Below, one piece after another: positions 10,801-19,889 of a stretch of 64,000 bases of DNA. The stretch is from Candidatus Methanophagaceae archaeon. GTDB taxonomy: Archaea > Halobacteriota > Syntropharchaeia > Alkanophagales > Methanospirareceae. Positions within the stretch are counted from its first letter, which is position 1. Each line of letters begins with the position of its first letter. The translations under genes and the position numbers were made by a program. The DNA is taken from positions 263,522 through 327,521 of the forward strand of contig PQXB01000001.1 of NCBI GenBank assembly GCA_003194425.1, given 5' to 3'. Under the pieces are notes generated by a model. It did not search any database. It was not told the DNA's origin and worked only from the letters and a program-made list of their open reading frames with translations.

Positions 10801-13436
10801 CCAGTTGGAAGAAGTTTGAACTCAAAGGCAACTTGCTCTACTCGGTCGGCGACAGTTTTTACCTGAGTTCCTCCACGCAGAAGCACTGGGCGACCTACAC
10901 TGCCAACTGGACTACAGGAGACCTACCAGTTCCCGAGACTGCGACTGTTAGAGAGGCGAGGTTGTACGTGCCTTACACCTGGGACAAGGCAGGTGTGATG
11001 CCCGACGAGGTGAGCCTGACCTTCAACGGCGTTGCTCAAACACTGGATGCACACTACACAGACAGGAAAGGCTACGGCTCCTACGACTACCCTTACGGAG
11101 CGCTGGCTTACAATGTAACCTCGGGTTTTGACCTTGACGTAAGGAACACCGCAGTGCTAACGAACACACACCCCGGCGGTGGAAATGTGTCAATTCGCGG
11201 AATGCTTCTCACGGTGATTTACGCAGACGAGAGCGAGCCACTGCGGGAGATATTTGTTAACGAGGAGTTTGACCTGCTCTACGGCGGGGCGTCAAAATGC
11301 ACGACGCCCGAGGAGGCGACCGCTTACGCTCCTTTCGGAACTGCTAACACTGAAGATGTTTTCTCTGCCACGCTGATAACAGTCGCTCCTGGTGCAGGAC
11401 CGAGTGAGGGGGAGCTGACCTTCAACGGGCAGAAATGGACGGACGTGTGGAGTTTTGCAGGCGCTACGCAAATAGGAATAGATAAGCGAGAAGTAACTGC
11501 GTTCTTGCAGGCGGCCGAGAACGAAGCGGGGTTCCAAAGCAGCGCCGACTACTTTGAACCGAGCAACGCATTCCTCGTTGTAGAACACAAGAGGCCAGAC
11601 CTTGTCGTCAGAGGGATTAAAATAAACCCCAACGGCACTCGCGGCGAAGAGATTGTTAGGGTTTATGTAAATGAGAGCAACAACCTCACTGCAGTCGTGC
11701 AGAACAACGGAAATGCCGACGCAGGAGCGTTTGAGGTCTGCTTCGAGGTGGGTTCAGGCGTTGAGGTCGGCTGCGTAAACGTGGCTGGACTGCCTGCTGG
11801 GGCTAACGCAACGGTCAGCACCTTTTGGACGCCGTGTTGCGAAAACTACTCGGTTGAGCCCGGTTTCCCGGCACGCTCGCTTCCCACAACTGTAAATGTA
11901 ACTGCGGACTGCACTGAAAAAATACCCGAGTCAGACGAGGCGAACAACCTGCTCTCGAAGTTTATTCCCGCTGTTCAGCAGTACGCGGGCTACGATGTTT
12001 TAGGCGGGGTCGTTAACAACGGCTACAAGAGCAAGAACTTCGACTGCAACGCCACTGAAGAGCCGCTGACACTCTTCGAGCACGAGGAGGAGTTGCTCGG
12101 CGGCGGTCTCGCGTTAAATGTAAGCGGTGCGAAAATCAGTTCCTTCGATCCCGGCGAGACCAGCACAAGAACCCACCACATTGAAATTCCTGAAGGTGCA
12201 ACCGTGAAAACCGCGAGGCTCTACGTCTACTGGTACGACAAATGGGGTAACTACAAGCAGTACCCAACTGGGTGCTTGGCGGACCTCAGCGTGAATTTTG
12301 GTGGCACCGAGTTCGCACCCGCAAAGAAATACAACGACCAGAAGGGCTTCGGCTACTACCACAGCCCGAAAGGAACTTACACCTACAACGTGACCTCAAA
12401 GGTGCGAGAAGCCGGGTCTGGCGACTACACCGCAGTCGTCAAGAACACCGACCCCAAGAACAGCACGACCCTACTCGGCGAAATGCTACTCGTCGTCTAC
12501 GACGACCCAGCGAAGACAAACCTCACGCAAATTTGGGTGCTTGAGGGCAACGACTACTTAATGTCCGCAGACGAGACGCACAACAGCTACAACTACGGCG
12601 TCTCGCCAGAAGAGGCGACTGCAACCGTGAAATTACCCGGAAACCTCTCGACAGCGGCAGCGAATCTCAGTTCCGTCTGCTCTGCAACGCTAATTTCGGT
12701 CGTCGCGCAGGGAATGTCGCCTGGAGCAAACCTACTCTTCAACGGCGAAGTCGTTAAGACAGACGCTTGGAACACGGAGACCGAAGCCTACCCAAACAGC
12801 AAAATTAATTTGGAGTCGTTAGATGTGAAGCCCTACCTGACCTTAACCGCTTCAGGCAACAGAGGAAACAGCGTTGGCTTCCAAGACACTGGCACCGACG
12901 GTCTGCAGGCGAGCAACGCGATTCTTGTGGTGGAATATTCTGAGCAAGAGCCACTGCACCCCGCTGTTTCAATTTCCACCGACAAAACAGACTACACCCC
13001 TGGCGAGACAATGCAAATTACACTGAACTTGTCAAATCCAACGGGGACTGACCAAACGGTGTGGTTTGAGTGGTACTTTGGAATACCGGCTTACAGCTAC
13101 TGGCTGCCTTTTGTAGAGCCTTTGCCTTTAAATTTGCCCGCGGGTTGCGAGTACTCCTTCCCCTTTTCAATTTTGGTAGGCAACTGGGGCGAGACGGGAT
13201 TTGACGCAGTCTGGCTCGTGAACCTGTCAGACCCGGTAACGCACAAAATTATAAGTTCTGACACTGCCGAGTGGAGCTACGCCCCTGTTCCTCCTGCTAC
13301 TGCTGTTGCTACCGCTGCAGTTAGCAGCGAGCAAACGCGAAGCGTAGAGAACTTTGATGAGGAAATGTTAGGTTCAGGCAGAGAAATAGAAAAGAAGTTA
13401 AAGGCAAAATTAGAAAGTGAAACAGAAAAAAGATGA
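7887..13436 (+). CDS. Giant secreted protein (1849 aa): 2x [lamin-tail domain - CARDB-like - NNGY module], a third diverged module, and the shared C-terminal domain
   Basis: Signal peptide; LTD-like INEIMYNP...EWIELRN...NLNGWTI; CARDB-like ...ITESNETNN; C-terminal SISTDKTDYTPGETMQI...AEWSYA domain. Confidence 0.85.
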   Translation: MGEKGRKREGGKWKKRRLIGVAAVGAILVTTFASQAVCASVPLFNEAILRGYVFDTQGNPIQRALIEWRDSETMELFELTTTTYTGYYSTPHLFNDAGAVRSLITAAKTDFSTNSTIITTEPAFPPTFYELNFTLLEIAETGSININEIMYNPSTEQGSDTVLEWIELRNDDTAAVNLNGWTIATPEVGKITEEIILQPGGYAVLARNKDAFEAYYGAGGELSCSVVEVEMRLGNAEDTVVLKDGAGTEIDRVSYKDDWGADGNGKTLELIGAGGGWRESVADDGTPCAENSVVFMKPDLTVTVSDGSLNCGFLFGNESNEVCVTVENIGTDRTDAFNLSFDMNGFSTEERVAGGLVAGGNATTVCVADPTLRSAGDSVTVRVVADCNGEITESNETNNAASLTTTVVNNGYKGKRYTGGEDIASWKKFELNGDLLYSVGDSFYLSAYTYKHWTEYAANWTVSDLQVPDTETATVREARLYVPYTWDKAGVMPDEVSLTFNGVTQTLDAHYTDEKMHATSYPYGMLVYNVTEDLDTSASGNTAVLTNSHLGGGNVSIRGMLLTVIYADESEPLREIFVNEEFDLLYGGASKCTTPEEATAYAPFGTADTEDVLSATLVTVAPGAGPSEGELTFNGQKWTDVWSFAGATQIGIDKREVTSFLQAAENEAGFQSSADYFEPSNAILVVEHIERVNLNINEIMYNPSKEQGSDTVLEWLELRNDDTAAVNLNGWTIATPEVGKITEEIILQPGGYAVLARNKDAFENYYGAGGELSCSVVEVEMRLGNAEDTVVLKDGAGTEIDRVSYKDDWGADGNGKTLEWNATGWFESEVEGGTPCAENSVVFMKPDLTVTVSDGSLNCGFLFGNESNEVCVTVENIGTDRTDAFNLSFDMNGFSTEERVAGGLVAGGNATTVCVADPTLRSAGDSVTVRVVADCNGEITESNETNNAASLTTTVVNNGYKGKRYTGGEDIASWKKFELKGNLLYSVGDSFYLSSSTQKHWATYTANWTTGDLPVPETATVREARLYVPYTWDKAGVMPDEVSLTFNGVAQTLDAHYTDRKGYGSYDYPYGALAYNVTSGFDLDVRNTAVLTNTHPGGGNVSIRGMLLTVIYADESEPLREIFVNEEFDLLYGGASKCTTPEEATAYAPFGTANTEDVFSATLITVAPGAGPSEGELTFNGQKWTDVWSFAGATQIGIDKREVTAFLQAAENEAGFQSSADYFEPSNAFLVVEHKRPDLVVRGIKINPNGTRGEEIVRVYVNESNNLTAVVQNNGNADAGAFEVCFEVGSGVEVGCVNVAGLPAGANATVSTFWTPCCENYSVEPGFPARSLPTTVNVTADCTEKIPESDEANNLLSKFIPAVQQYAGYDVLGGVVNNGYKSKNFDCNATEEPLTLFEHEEELLGGGLALNVSGAKISSFDPGETSTRTHHIEIPEGATVKTARLYVYWYDKWGNYKQYPTGCLADLSVNFGGTEFAPAKKYNDQKGFGYYHSPKGTYTYNVTSKVREAGSGDYTAVVKNTDPKNSTTLLGEMLLVVYDDPAKTNLTQIWVLEGNDYLMSADETHNSYNYGVSPEEATATVKLPGNLSTAAANLSSVCSATLISVVAQGMSPGANLLFNGEVVKTDAWNTETEAYPNSKINLESLDVKPYLTLTASGNRGNSVGFQDTGTDGLQASNAILVVEYSEQEPLHPAVSISTDKTDYTPGETMQITLNLSNPTGTDQTVWFEWYFGIPAYSYWLPFVEPLPLNLPAGCEYSFPFSILVGNWGETGFDAVWLVNLSDPVTHKIISSDTAEWSYAPVPPATAVATAAVSSEQTRSVENFDEEMLGSGREIEKKLKAKLESETEKR
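8317..9952 (+). repeat. Intragenic tandem duplication, copy 1 (~1.64 kb)
   Basis: By eye about 95-97% identical to 9967..11592; mirrored by duplicated antisense shadow ORFs in the ORF track. Confidence 0.9.
9967..11592 (+). repeat. Intragenic tandem duplication, copy 2 (~1.63 kb)
   Basis: Direct repeat of 8317..9952 with a few substitutions and short indel blocks. Confidence 0.9.
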
Positions 13437-14986
13437 AAAGGAGGATTAAAATTTGCGGTGCGACGCTGCTGTTGGTCTTGGTAGTTTCGGCGTTTGCAGT
13501 GCCAAGCGGAGTGGCCGGAGTGGCAGCCCTTGAGAGACCGACTTACGGCGTTGAACTGACCGTAGACGGCGGCAACAAGACTGCGAACCAGTCCGTGCGG
13601 CTTGGTGAGAACGCGACCTACAACCTGAGCCTTACGAACGCAGGAAATGCCACAGACCGCTACACGCTGAACTTTTCGAACCCGAACAACGCGACAACCT
13701 GCGGGCTGCTGCTCGGTGCGGCGAGTCTCAAAAAGAACCTAACGACAGCAGTCTTGGTGCCCGGAGAGAGAGCGAATTTAACGCTCGTCGTCGGAAACTC
13801 GACCGAAGGAGTGTTCAAAGTGAACGTAACCGCTACCTCTGTGAACGACCCTGCAAATGCAACCGTTAACACAACGACTACGGTTGGGACAGCACCAACG
13901 AGCCCTTCACTCGTCTCCTACACCATTTCCAACCGCACAATAACGCCACCCCAAACCACAGAAATAGATGTTAGATTCTCGGAGCAGGTGGAAGCGTGGA
14001 TAAAAATCGAAGATTCCGAGAGAAATTTGGTGAACGAGTTGTACCACAGCCCTGCCGTGACCAACCCAAAACCTAAAATCTGGGACGCAACCTTCACAAA
14101 CGGAACACTCGTTGGAGACGGCGACTATTTTGTAAATGTTACTGGGACCTGCGCATGCAGCAGCATAGAATGCACCGTAACGAACGACACCGAAATTATC
14201 ACCGTTACCCTCCCGCCAGACACCGACACCACGCCACCCGCGGTAACAGACCCAACTGCAACGCCCGAGACGATTCTTGCCGACGGAGTCCAAACCTCGC
14301 TCTTGAGTGTGACTGTCAAAGATGAGACCGCGGTTGACACTGTCGTAGTGAACCTCTCGCAAATCGGCGGGTCGCCAGCACAGGTCTTGGAACTCATCAA
14401 CAGCACGCTCTTTCTCTACGGCACGACGACAAACGCGTCGGTGGGAACGCCACCCGGAACCTACAACCTAACAGTCTCTGCAACTGACATTTACGGGAAC
14501 TCTAACGCGTCGGTGAGCTTTCGGCTGACCGTTACCGAACCAAGACTCGCTGTTTCAATTTCCACCGACAAAACAGACTACGCCCCTGGCGAGACAATGC
14601 AAATCCAACTGAACTTGTCAAATCCCACGCCCGCCGACCAAATGCTGCTGTTTGCGTGGTACTTTGCGATCCCTGACTACAGCTACCAGACCGCCGTCGT
14701 AGCACCTACGCTTGTTATTTTACCAGCGGGCTGCGACTTTTCCTTCCTCCTTCCAATGCCTGTGGGCGACTGGGGTGCGACAGATTTCAACGCTACTTGG
14801 TCTGTTGAACTGCTCAACCCGCTGACCTACAGCGTCGTAGACGACGACACTGCCGAGTGGCGTTACACGGCTGTGCGTGCGGCGGCAGGAGCGGAAATTG
14901 CAGGAGAAGAGGCGGCAGCAGCAGAGAAAATCGGTGCGGAAATAAAGAGAGAGCTAAACAAAGAGGGAGGGGTGCTACCTTTTTAA
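13433..14986 (+). CDS. Secreted protein with Ig-like (CARDB/NEW3-type) region and the shared C-terminal domain
   Basis: Signal peptide MKRRIKICGATLLLVLVVSAFA; C-terminal SISTDKTDYAPGETMQIQLNLSNPT...AEWRYTA then charged tail; start overlaps stop of the upstream gene (ATGA). Confidence 0.8.
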   Translation: MKRRIKICGATLLLVLVVSAFAVPSGVAGVAALERPTYGVELTVDGGNKTANQSVRLGENATYNLSLTNAGNATDRYTLNFSNPNNATTCGLLLGAASLKKNLTTAVLVPGERANLTLVVGNSTEGVFKVNVTATSVNDPANATVNTTTTVGTAPTSPSLVSYTISNRTITPPQTTEIDVRFSEQVEAWIKIEDSERNLVNELYHSPAVTNPKPKIWDATFTNGTLVGDGDYFVNVTGTCACSSIECTVTNDTEIITVTLPPDTDTTPPAVTDPTATPETILADGVQTSLLSVTVKDETAVDTVVVNLSQIGGSPAQVLELINSTLFLYGTTTNASVGTPPGTYNLTVSATDIYGNSNASVSFRLTVTEPRLAVSISTDKTDYAPGETMQIQLNLSNPTPADQMLLFAWYFAIPDYSYQTAVVAPTLVILPAGCDFSFLLPMPVGDWGATDFNATWSVELLNPLTYSVVDDDTAEWRYTAVRAAAGAEIAGEEAAAAEKIGAEIKRELNKEGGVLPF

Positions 14987-15009
14987 CCTCCTCTTTTTTC
15001 TTTATTTTT

Positions 15010-16401
15010 ATGACACGGAAAAGAAGCGGAAGTGCAGTTCTTCTCGTCACAGCACTCCTTATTTTCGCTTTTATTTCTCTAACTTTAATTCTAACTCTAA
15101 CTCCCAGCGTTAGCGCTGCGGAAAGTCTAACTCCCAGCGTTAGCGCTGCGGAAAGCGCTGCGGAAAGCGAGACCGAAAATAAATTTTGCATCACGAAAAT
15201 CAGCCCCAGGAATATACAGCCCGCAGACATTTCCACAGTGAGCGTAACGATAAAAAATATCGGCTCGCATTCCGCATTTCACGTCGCGACCGAGGTTGAG
15301 ACGGCTAAGATGCTTGCGGGCGAGACGGGCGAAACGGGTGAGACAACGCCTGTAAAGGTCGTAGGAAGGGCGAAGAAGAGCGTAGGGACGACTTCTCTGA
15401 ACTCGCTTGGTTGCGACCGAGAAGCAACAGTCAAGTACGACTTTTATGTCGAGAAGGACGCAGAAGCGAGCACCTACAACATTCCGCTGAAAGTTCTCTG
15501 GCGGGAGAAGCCCGAGGAGGTGGGGAGAGAGGGGTGGAGAGGAAGAGAAGGAGAAGAGAACGAGGTGCGAAGCGAGACATTGTATTTTGGGGTCAGAGTG
15601 CTTGGGCAGTCGAGAGCGGCGGAAATTGATGTTGTCAATGTTACAACCGCTCCTGCTGGTGCAGGAATTAAGCCTGGCGCGGAGGCGACCCTAAAAATCA
15701 AACTCAAAAATATCGGCGGTTTGACGGTTAGCAGGCTTAAGGTAAGGCTGACTGCAGAAGAGCCGTTCACACCGCTTGATTCCGACTTAGAGCAGTACCT
15801 AACAGACCTAAAGCCAAACGAGACGAGGACAGCGTATTTTAATCTCTCGGTGGACAGAGAAGCCGCGAGTTCGTGCTACGAACTACCGCTCGTCTTGGAG
15901 TACGAGGACGAGTTCGGCAGTCACGAAAAGAACACCTCGGTCGGCGTTTCCGTGAAAGGCAGCCCGAGAGTTCTTATTCAGGAAATTATTCTCGAGCCCA
16001 GCAAATTGAGTAGTGGCACCGAAGGGCTGCTTATGATTCGGCTGATAAACACAGGCACGGAGAGTGCAGAGGACACGAAAATAAGAATCGCAGGAGCAGA
16101 AGGGATTTTAACCGAAGGGCACCAGTTCATCGGCGAAATCGCACCCGACGAATCGGAAACCGCAACCTTCGGCGTCTCGGTTGCTGAAGAAGAAGTTGAG
16201 ACAGGAAAACACGGTCTGACGATAAAAATCGCCTACGAGGACGAGTTCGGAACGAGCTGCCCTGCAAACTCCAAAATCTACGAAATAACCGTCTTTGAGT
16301 CCGAGCCGTTCTTGCCGACGAAATATGTTTACGCTTTGGCGGGCGTTGCAGCGGCGGCGGTGGTAGGTTACCTTTTACTAGTAGTGAGGCTCAAAAAATG
16401 A
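15010..16401 (+). CDS. Cell-surface protein with N-terminal signal peptide and C-terminal transmembrane anchor
   Basis: ATG 15010 preferred over ORF-track start 14857 (which overlaps the upstream gene); C-terminus YALAGVAAAAVVGYLLLVVRLKK; short tandem repeats near N-terminus. Confidence 0.65.
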   Translation: MTRKRSGSAVLLVTALLIFAFISLTLILTLTPSVSAAESLTPSVSAAESAAESETENKFCITKISPRNIQPADISTVSVTIKNIGSHSAFHVATEVETAKMLAGETGETGETTPVKVVGRAKKSVGTTSLNSLGCDREATVKYDFYVEKDAEASTYNIPLKVLWREKPEEVGREGWRGREGEENEVRSETLYFGVRVLGQSRAAEIDVVNVTTAPAGAGIKPGAEATLKIKLKNIGGLTVSRLKVRLTAEEPFTPLDSDLEQYLTDLKPNETRTAYFNLSVDREAASSCYELPLVLEYEDEFGSHEKNTSVGVSVKGSPRVLIQEIILEPSKLSSGTEGLLMIRLINTGTESAEDTKIRIAGAEGILTEGHQFIGEIAPDESETATFGVSVAEEEVETGKHGLTIKIAYEDEFGTSCPANSKIYEITVFESEPFLPTKYVYALAGVAAAAVVGYLLLVVRLKK

Positions 16402-17255
16402 GGAGAACGCAAAAAAAAGGAACGGGGAGACAGGTTTTTTTGTTGGTTTTGTTTCTGTGCTATTTTCTGCTCTTGACTCCTTACATTGTGCACACGAACC
16501 TGAACGAAGTTGGAGGAGGGGTTGTCGAGGACTTGAAGACCGTCCCAGTTCCGTCTCTTCCTGCAGACATTCAGGACCTTGTCTTTGACTTTGGCGGGGA
16601 CGAAAGCGACTGCACGGTTCTTTTGCTGGAAAACAGCGTCTCGGGCGAGAGAACAGCCGTTGTAACCGTCCAAGACTGCGAAATCCAAAAGGGCGCGGTG
16701 GTGAAGGTTACAGACAAAATAATCGAGTGGTTCGTGGACTGGCACGCCTACCAGTCCTGCAGCGGCTTTGACTTTGGCGAGAAGTTTGGAGTCCTTGTTG
16801 TCGGCGAGGTCGCAGAGGTTAGTGCAGCAGAGTCGGGCGTTGAAAAGGTTCTTTCCTCCCGCCCCCTCGGCAGTCCCCTCTTCACGCTTTCAAAGGCGTC
16901 TTTTCTCTTTGCTCCGCTGCTGCTCGTAGTTTGCCTTAGTCTCGGCACCAGAAACCGCTTTTACCTCTGGAACTTCGCTGCGGTCTTGGCTCTCTACTCT
17001 TTTGAAGTCTTTCTGCTCAACACCGCAGGGAGCGTGCTGCACGAGGTTGCGCTAGCGGGAGCAAGAGCTGGGGTAGGGGCAGAGGGAGGAGGAGTGGGTG
17101 CAGCAGAGGGTTGGAAATATTTTGGCTACTTGTTTGTGCTGTTAGTCCCCTTCACCGTTCTTTTCGCACGCTACGAGGAGAGCGAAGAGGGGCAGAGGAG
17201 ACTAAAAAAGTTTTACGCGGGGCTGCTTGAGTTAGTTGATCGTTTGTTTCAGTGA
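16398..17255 (+). CDS. Hypothetical membrane protein
   Basis: ATG overlaps stop of the upstream gene (translational coupling); several hydrophobic segments. Confidence 0.5.
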   Translation: MRRTQKKGTGRQVFLLVLFLCYFLLLTPYIVHTNLNEVGGGVVEDLKTVPVPSLPADIQDLVFDFGGDESDCTVLLLENSVSGERTAVVTVQDCEIQKGAVVKVTDKIIEWFVDWHAYQSCSGFDFGEKFGVLVVGEVAEVSAAESGVEKVLSSRPLGSPLFTLSKASFLFAPLLLVVCLSLGTRNRFYLWNFAAVLALYSFEVFLLNTAGSVLHEVALAGARAGVGAEGGGVGAAEGWKYFGYLFVLLVPFTVLFARYEESEEGQRRLKKFYAGLLELVDRLFQ

Positions 17256-17472
17256 AACTACTTAAAGACGTAAAAGAAACTTTTAATGAAGGAGAAAAAG
17301 CAGAGAAAGAAAAATGTCAGGCTCGTCTGTTTCAAGTTGGATGAGAGCGTCTGGGGGGAACGCCGTGGGAAAAATAGAAATAAGAGAGGAAAACCGAAGC
17401 GGAGAGGAAAGACGCTTTACAAGTAAAAACCCTCTAAAGTCAAAAAAAAATTAGGAGGTGAAAAAAGAAAAA

Positions 17473-19188
17473 ATGAAAACCAAAAGACTACTAAGCCTTT
17501 TAATAGTTTTTACAGTGGTGCTGAGTGTAAGCGTGAGTGCAGGAACGGTCTCGGCAGCGACGCCGAACGACGGGCCAGGTTCGAGCACGAGCAGCGGTGC
17601 GTTTTCTGGAGCAGAGGTGTTGGGTTTGCCGAGGAGTTTCACGCTCGAGGACAGCTTTGGCTACACTTGGGATTTGGACATCGTTTTTGGATGCGTGCTG
17701 TACGGCACAAAGACCTCGAGCATTGGGACCTACCCAGCGTACGGGTACGTATTCGGGAACGAGATGGTTCTGTGGGCTGACAACCCCGGTTCTCCCTACT
17801 CGGACAGCTTTGCCTACACCGGAATGTGGAACTACAAAACAATGAAATTCGACGGAAAATGGGTCGGCTACCCAAAAGGGTCAGGCAATGTCTCAATGTG
17901 GTTTGCTAAGAGTGCGGTAGGCGAAGGAGAAGAAAAGACCTGGACGAGCGAGAATGTAGAAGAAGGACCTGACGCGGCGGCAAGTGCAGGCACAGAGACA
18001 GCGGTTGCACAACAAGCGGTTGCACAACAAAACCTCGATGCTGCGCCGAGCACTGAAGGTAGCGCTAGTGCTAGTGCGACATTCTTGATTGACGGAGAGA
18101 ACGCGGAAGAAGAGATTAGCGGTCTGTTTAGTCGCGGTGCGATTTGCCTCGAAGACAGCTTTAGCTACACCTGGGATTTGGACATCCTCTACGGCTGCAT
18201 CTTGTACGGCACAAAGACCTCGGGTATTGGAACTCATCCCGCGTACGGCTTCGTATTCGGCGACGAAATGTTCCTCTGGGCTGACAATCCTGGTGGGGAA
18301 TATTCAGACAGCTTCGTCTACACCGGGAAGTGGAACGCCGCGGTAACGCTCTTCAACGGAACCTGGATTAACTATCCGATGGGGTCTTCAGGCACGGTCG
18401 AAGTGTGGCCCTGCGGTGGTGGACCAACTGAGACAGAGTACTACGCCGTAATCGCGGGCGAGGGTTACGGTTGTAGTTACGCCGACAGCGACGCCTACGA
18501 TATGTACGGACTTCTTACGAGCGAGTTCAACAACAACTGGAAGAAGGAGAACGTCAGGCTGTTAGTGAGCACCGCGGACGGGACGAAACACGACTGCACA
18601 CGGACAAAGATTCGGAACGGGATTTCGTGGATGGCGAGCGAAGCGGACGAGGACGATGTTAGCCTCTTCTTCTACGCGGGGCACGGCGGTTACCAGACGG
18701 ATGTGACACCACTCGACGAAAGCGACGGCAACGACGAATACATTTGCCCCGAGGGCGGGAACATTCTTGACGACGAACTCAACAACTGGTTGTCTGCGGT
18801 GCCTGGGTACAAGCTGGTCGCACTCGACTCCTGCTTCAGCGGCGGGTTCATTAAAGCCGACGGAGCAGAGGTTAGGAGCGTGCCGGGACTGCCGAGAATT
18901 GACCGAACCGACGGTTTCAGAGAAGACCTCTGCAAGAAGGGGTTCAACGTGCACACCGCCTGCGACGAGGACGAGAGTGCCTACGGCTACGCAGCACTGA
19001 ACAACGGCGTCTTCACTTACTACCTCGTGCAGGGTCTTTACGGACCCGCAGACTCGGACAGCGACGGAGACATAGACTCGTTTGAAGCACACACCTACAC
19101 AAGACCAAAAGTAATTTCGTACACTGGCGGCGACCAGAACCCCTGGCGCTGCGCTGGCACAACTGACCCGCTGATTTGGGTGCTGTAA
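17473..19188 (+). CDS. Secreted caspase-domain (C14 / metacaspase-like, clan CD) cysteine peptidase with two N-terminal tandem domains
   Basis: ATG 17473 after AGGAGGTGA; signal peptide; His motif FYAGHGG and Cys motif LDSCFSGG; ~100-aa domain repeated twice (FTLEDSFGYTWDLDI... / ICLEDSFSYTWDLDI...). Confidence 0.7.
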   Translation: MKTKRLLSLLIVFTVVLSVSVSAGTVSAATPNDGPGSSTSSGAFSGAEVLGLPRSFTLEDSFGYTWDLDIVFGCVLYGTKTSSIGTYPAYGYVFGNEMVLWADNPGSPYSDSFAYTGMWNYKTMKFDGKWVGYPKGSGNVSMWFAKSAVGEGEEKTWTSENVEEGPDAAASAGTETAVAQQAVAQQNLDAAPSTEGSASASATFLIDGENAEEEISGLFSRGAICLEDSFSYTWDLDILYGCILYGTKTSGIGTHPAYGFVFGDEMFLWADNPGGEYSDSFVYTGKWNAAVTLFNGTWINYPMGSSGTVEVWPCGGGPTETEYYAVIAGEGYGCSYADSDAYDMYGLLTSEFNNNWKKENVRLLVSTADGTKHDCTRTKIRNGISWMASEADEDDVSLFFYAGHGGYQTDVTPLDESDGNDEYICPEGGNILDDELNNWLSAVPGYKLVALDSCFSGGFIKADGAEVRSVPGLPRIDRTDGFREDLCKKGFNVHTACDEDESAYGYAALNNGVFTYYLVQGLYGPADSDSDGDIDSFEAHTYTRPKVISYTGGDQNPWRCAGTTDPLIWVL

Positions 19189-19239
19189 GGCAAGAGAGTA
19201 GAACAGCAGAGAAGAGTAGAAAGGACTGTAAAAAAGAAG

Positions 19240-19290
19240 CCCGGCGTTTTTAGTTTTACTGCGCCGCGCCGGGTGGTTATTTTTTTTTGT
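19240..19290. terminator. Hairpin plus T-tract between convergent genes
   Basis: CCCGGCG...CGCCGGG inverted repeat followed by an oligo-T run. Confidence 0.35.
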
Positions 19291-19783
19291 ATTTTTGGTT
19301 TTTGTATTTTTGGTATTTTTGGATTAGAATTATTGCCGCGGTTAGGGCAGCAACTGACAAAACCGAGATTAAAACGACCTTTTTAAACTTTGTTTTAGAC
19401 TCTTCCGACGGCGGTGAGGGAATTGGGTAGGCTACTTCTACTCCCTCTGCTCCTCCTGCTCCTCTCGGGACGGCGCTGGACAAAATGCGCCCGCTCTCTT
19501 TAGCTACCCAGACTCGCACGTTCGGGTACTGCAGCCCCCGCTCCAACTGCTCGTTCGTCCACCAGTCAACCGCCCAGCAGGGAGTTGAGTTGAAGGACTC
19601 TTCGGAGACGACCGAGAAGGCGTCGGGGTGCTTTGAGAGGAGGGCAGCAGCCTCGGCAGTACTCTTCGAAATCTCCTCTGCTTCGCTCTCGGTTACCGCT
19701 GCAGCCGAGACAACTGCAACAGCGGTCGCCGCTAAGAAAATAAGGGCGAGGCACAAGACTATTTTCTCTCTTCTTTTCGGCAT
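19277..19783 (-). CDS. Hypothetical small membrane-anchored protein
   Basis: N-terminal and C-terminal hydrophobic segments, lysine-rich tail KYQKYKNQKYKKK; sits between two protease genes. Confidence 0.5.
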   Translation of the reverse strand: MPKRREKIVLCLALIFLAATAVAVVSAAAVTESEAEEISKSTAEAAALLSKHPDAFSVVSEESFNSTPCWAVDWWTNEQLERGLQYPNVRVWVAKESGRILSSAVPRGAGGAEGVEVAYPIPSPPSEESKTKFKKVVLISVLSVAALTAAIILIQKYQKYKNQKYKKK

Positions 19784-19889
19784 AATTTTTGTAACCCTTT
19801 TTATAAAGAAGGTTCTTGCTTAAAAATATAGTTAAAGCAAAAGGCAAAACAAAAGGCAAAATAAATGCATTAGGAGGTGAAAACCAAAA

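Noticed and set aside
8284-11588. Antisense ORFs of 98-193 aa (e.g. 8284..8688, 8648..9115, 9826..10338, 10298..10759)
   Set aside because: They lie opposite the 1849-aa gene, occur in duplicate because of the internal tandem repeat, and have Arg/Cys/Pro-rich composition typical of shadow frames in GC-rich coding DNA
7887-13436. Hidden PGF/PEF-type C-terminal anchor in another frame at the end of the 1849-aa gene
   Set aside because: The downstream sequence in all frames shows no hydrophobic helix, and the same tail type without a helix is shared by three other family members
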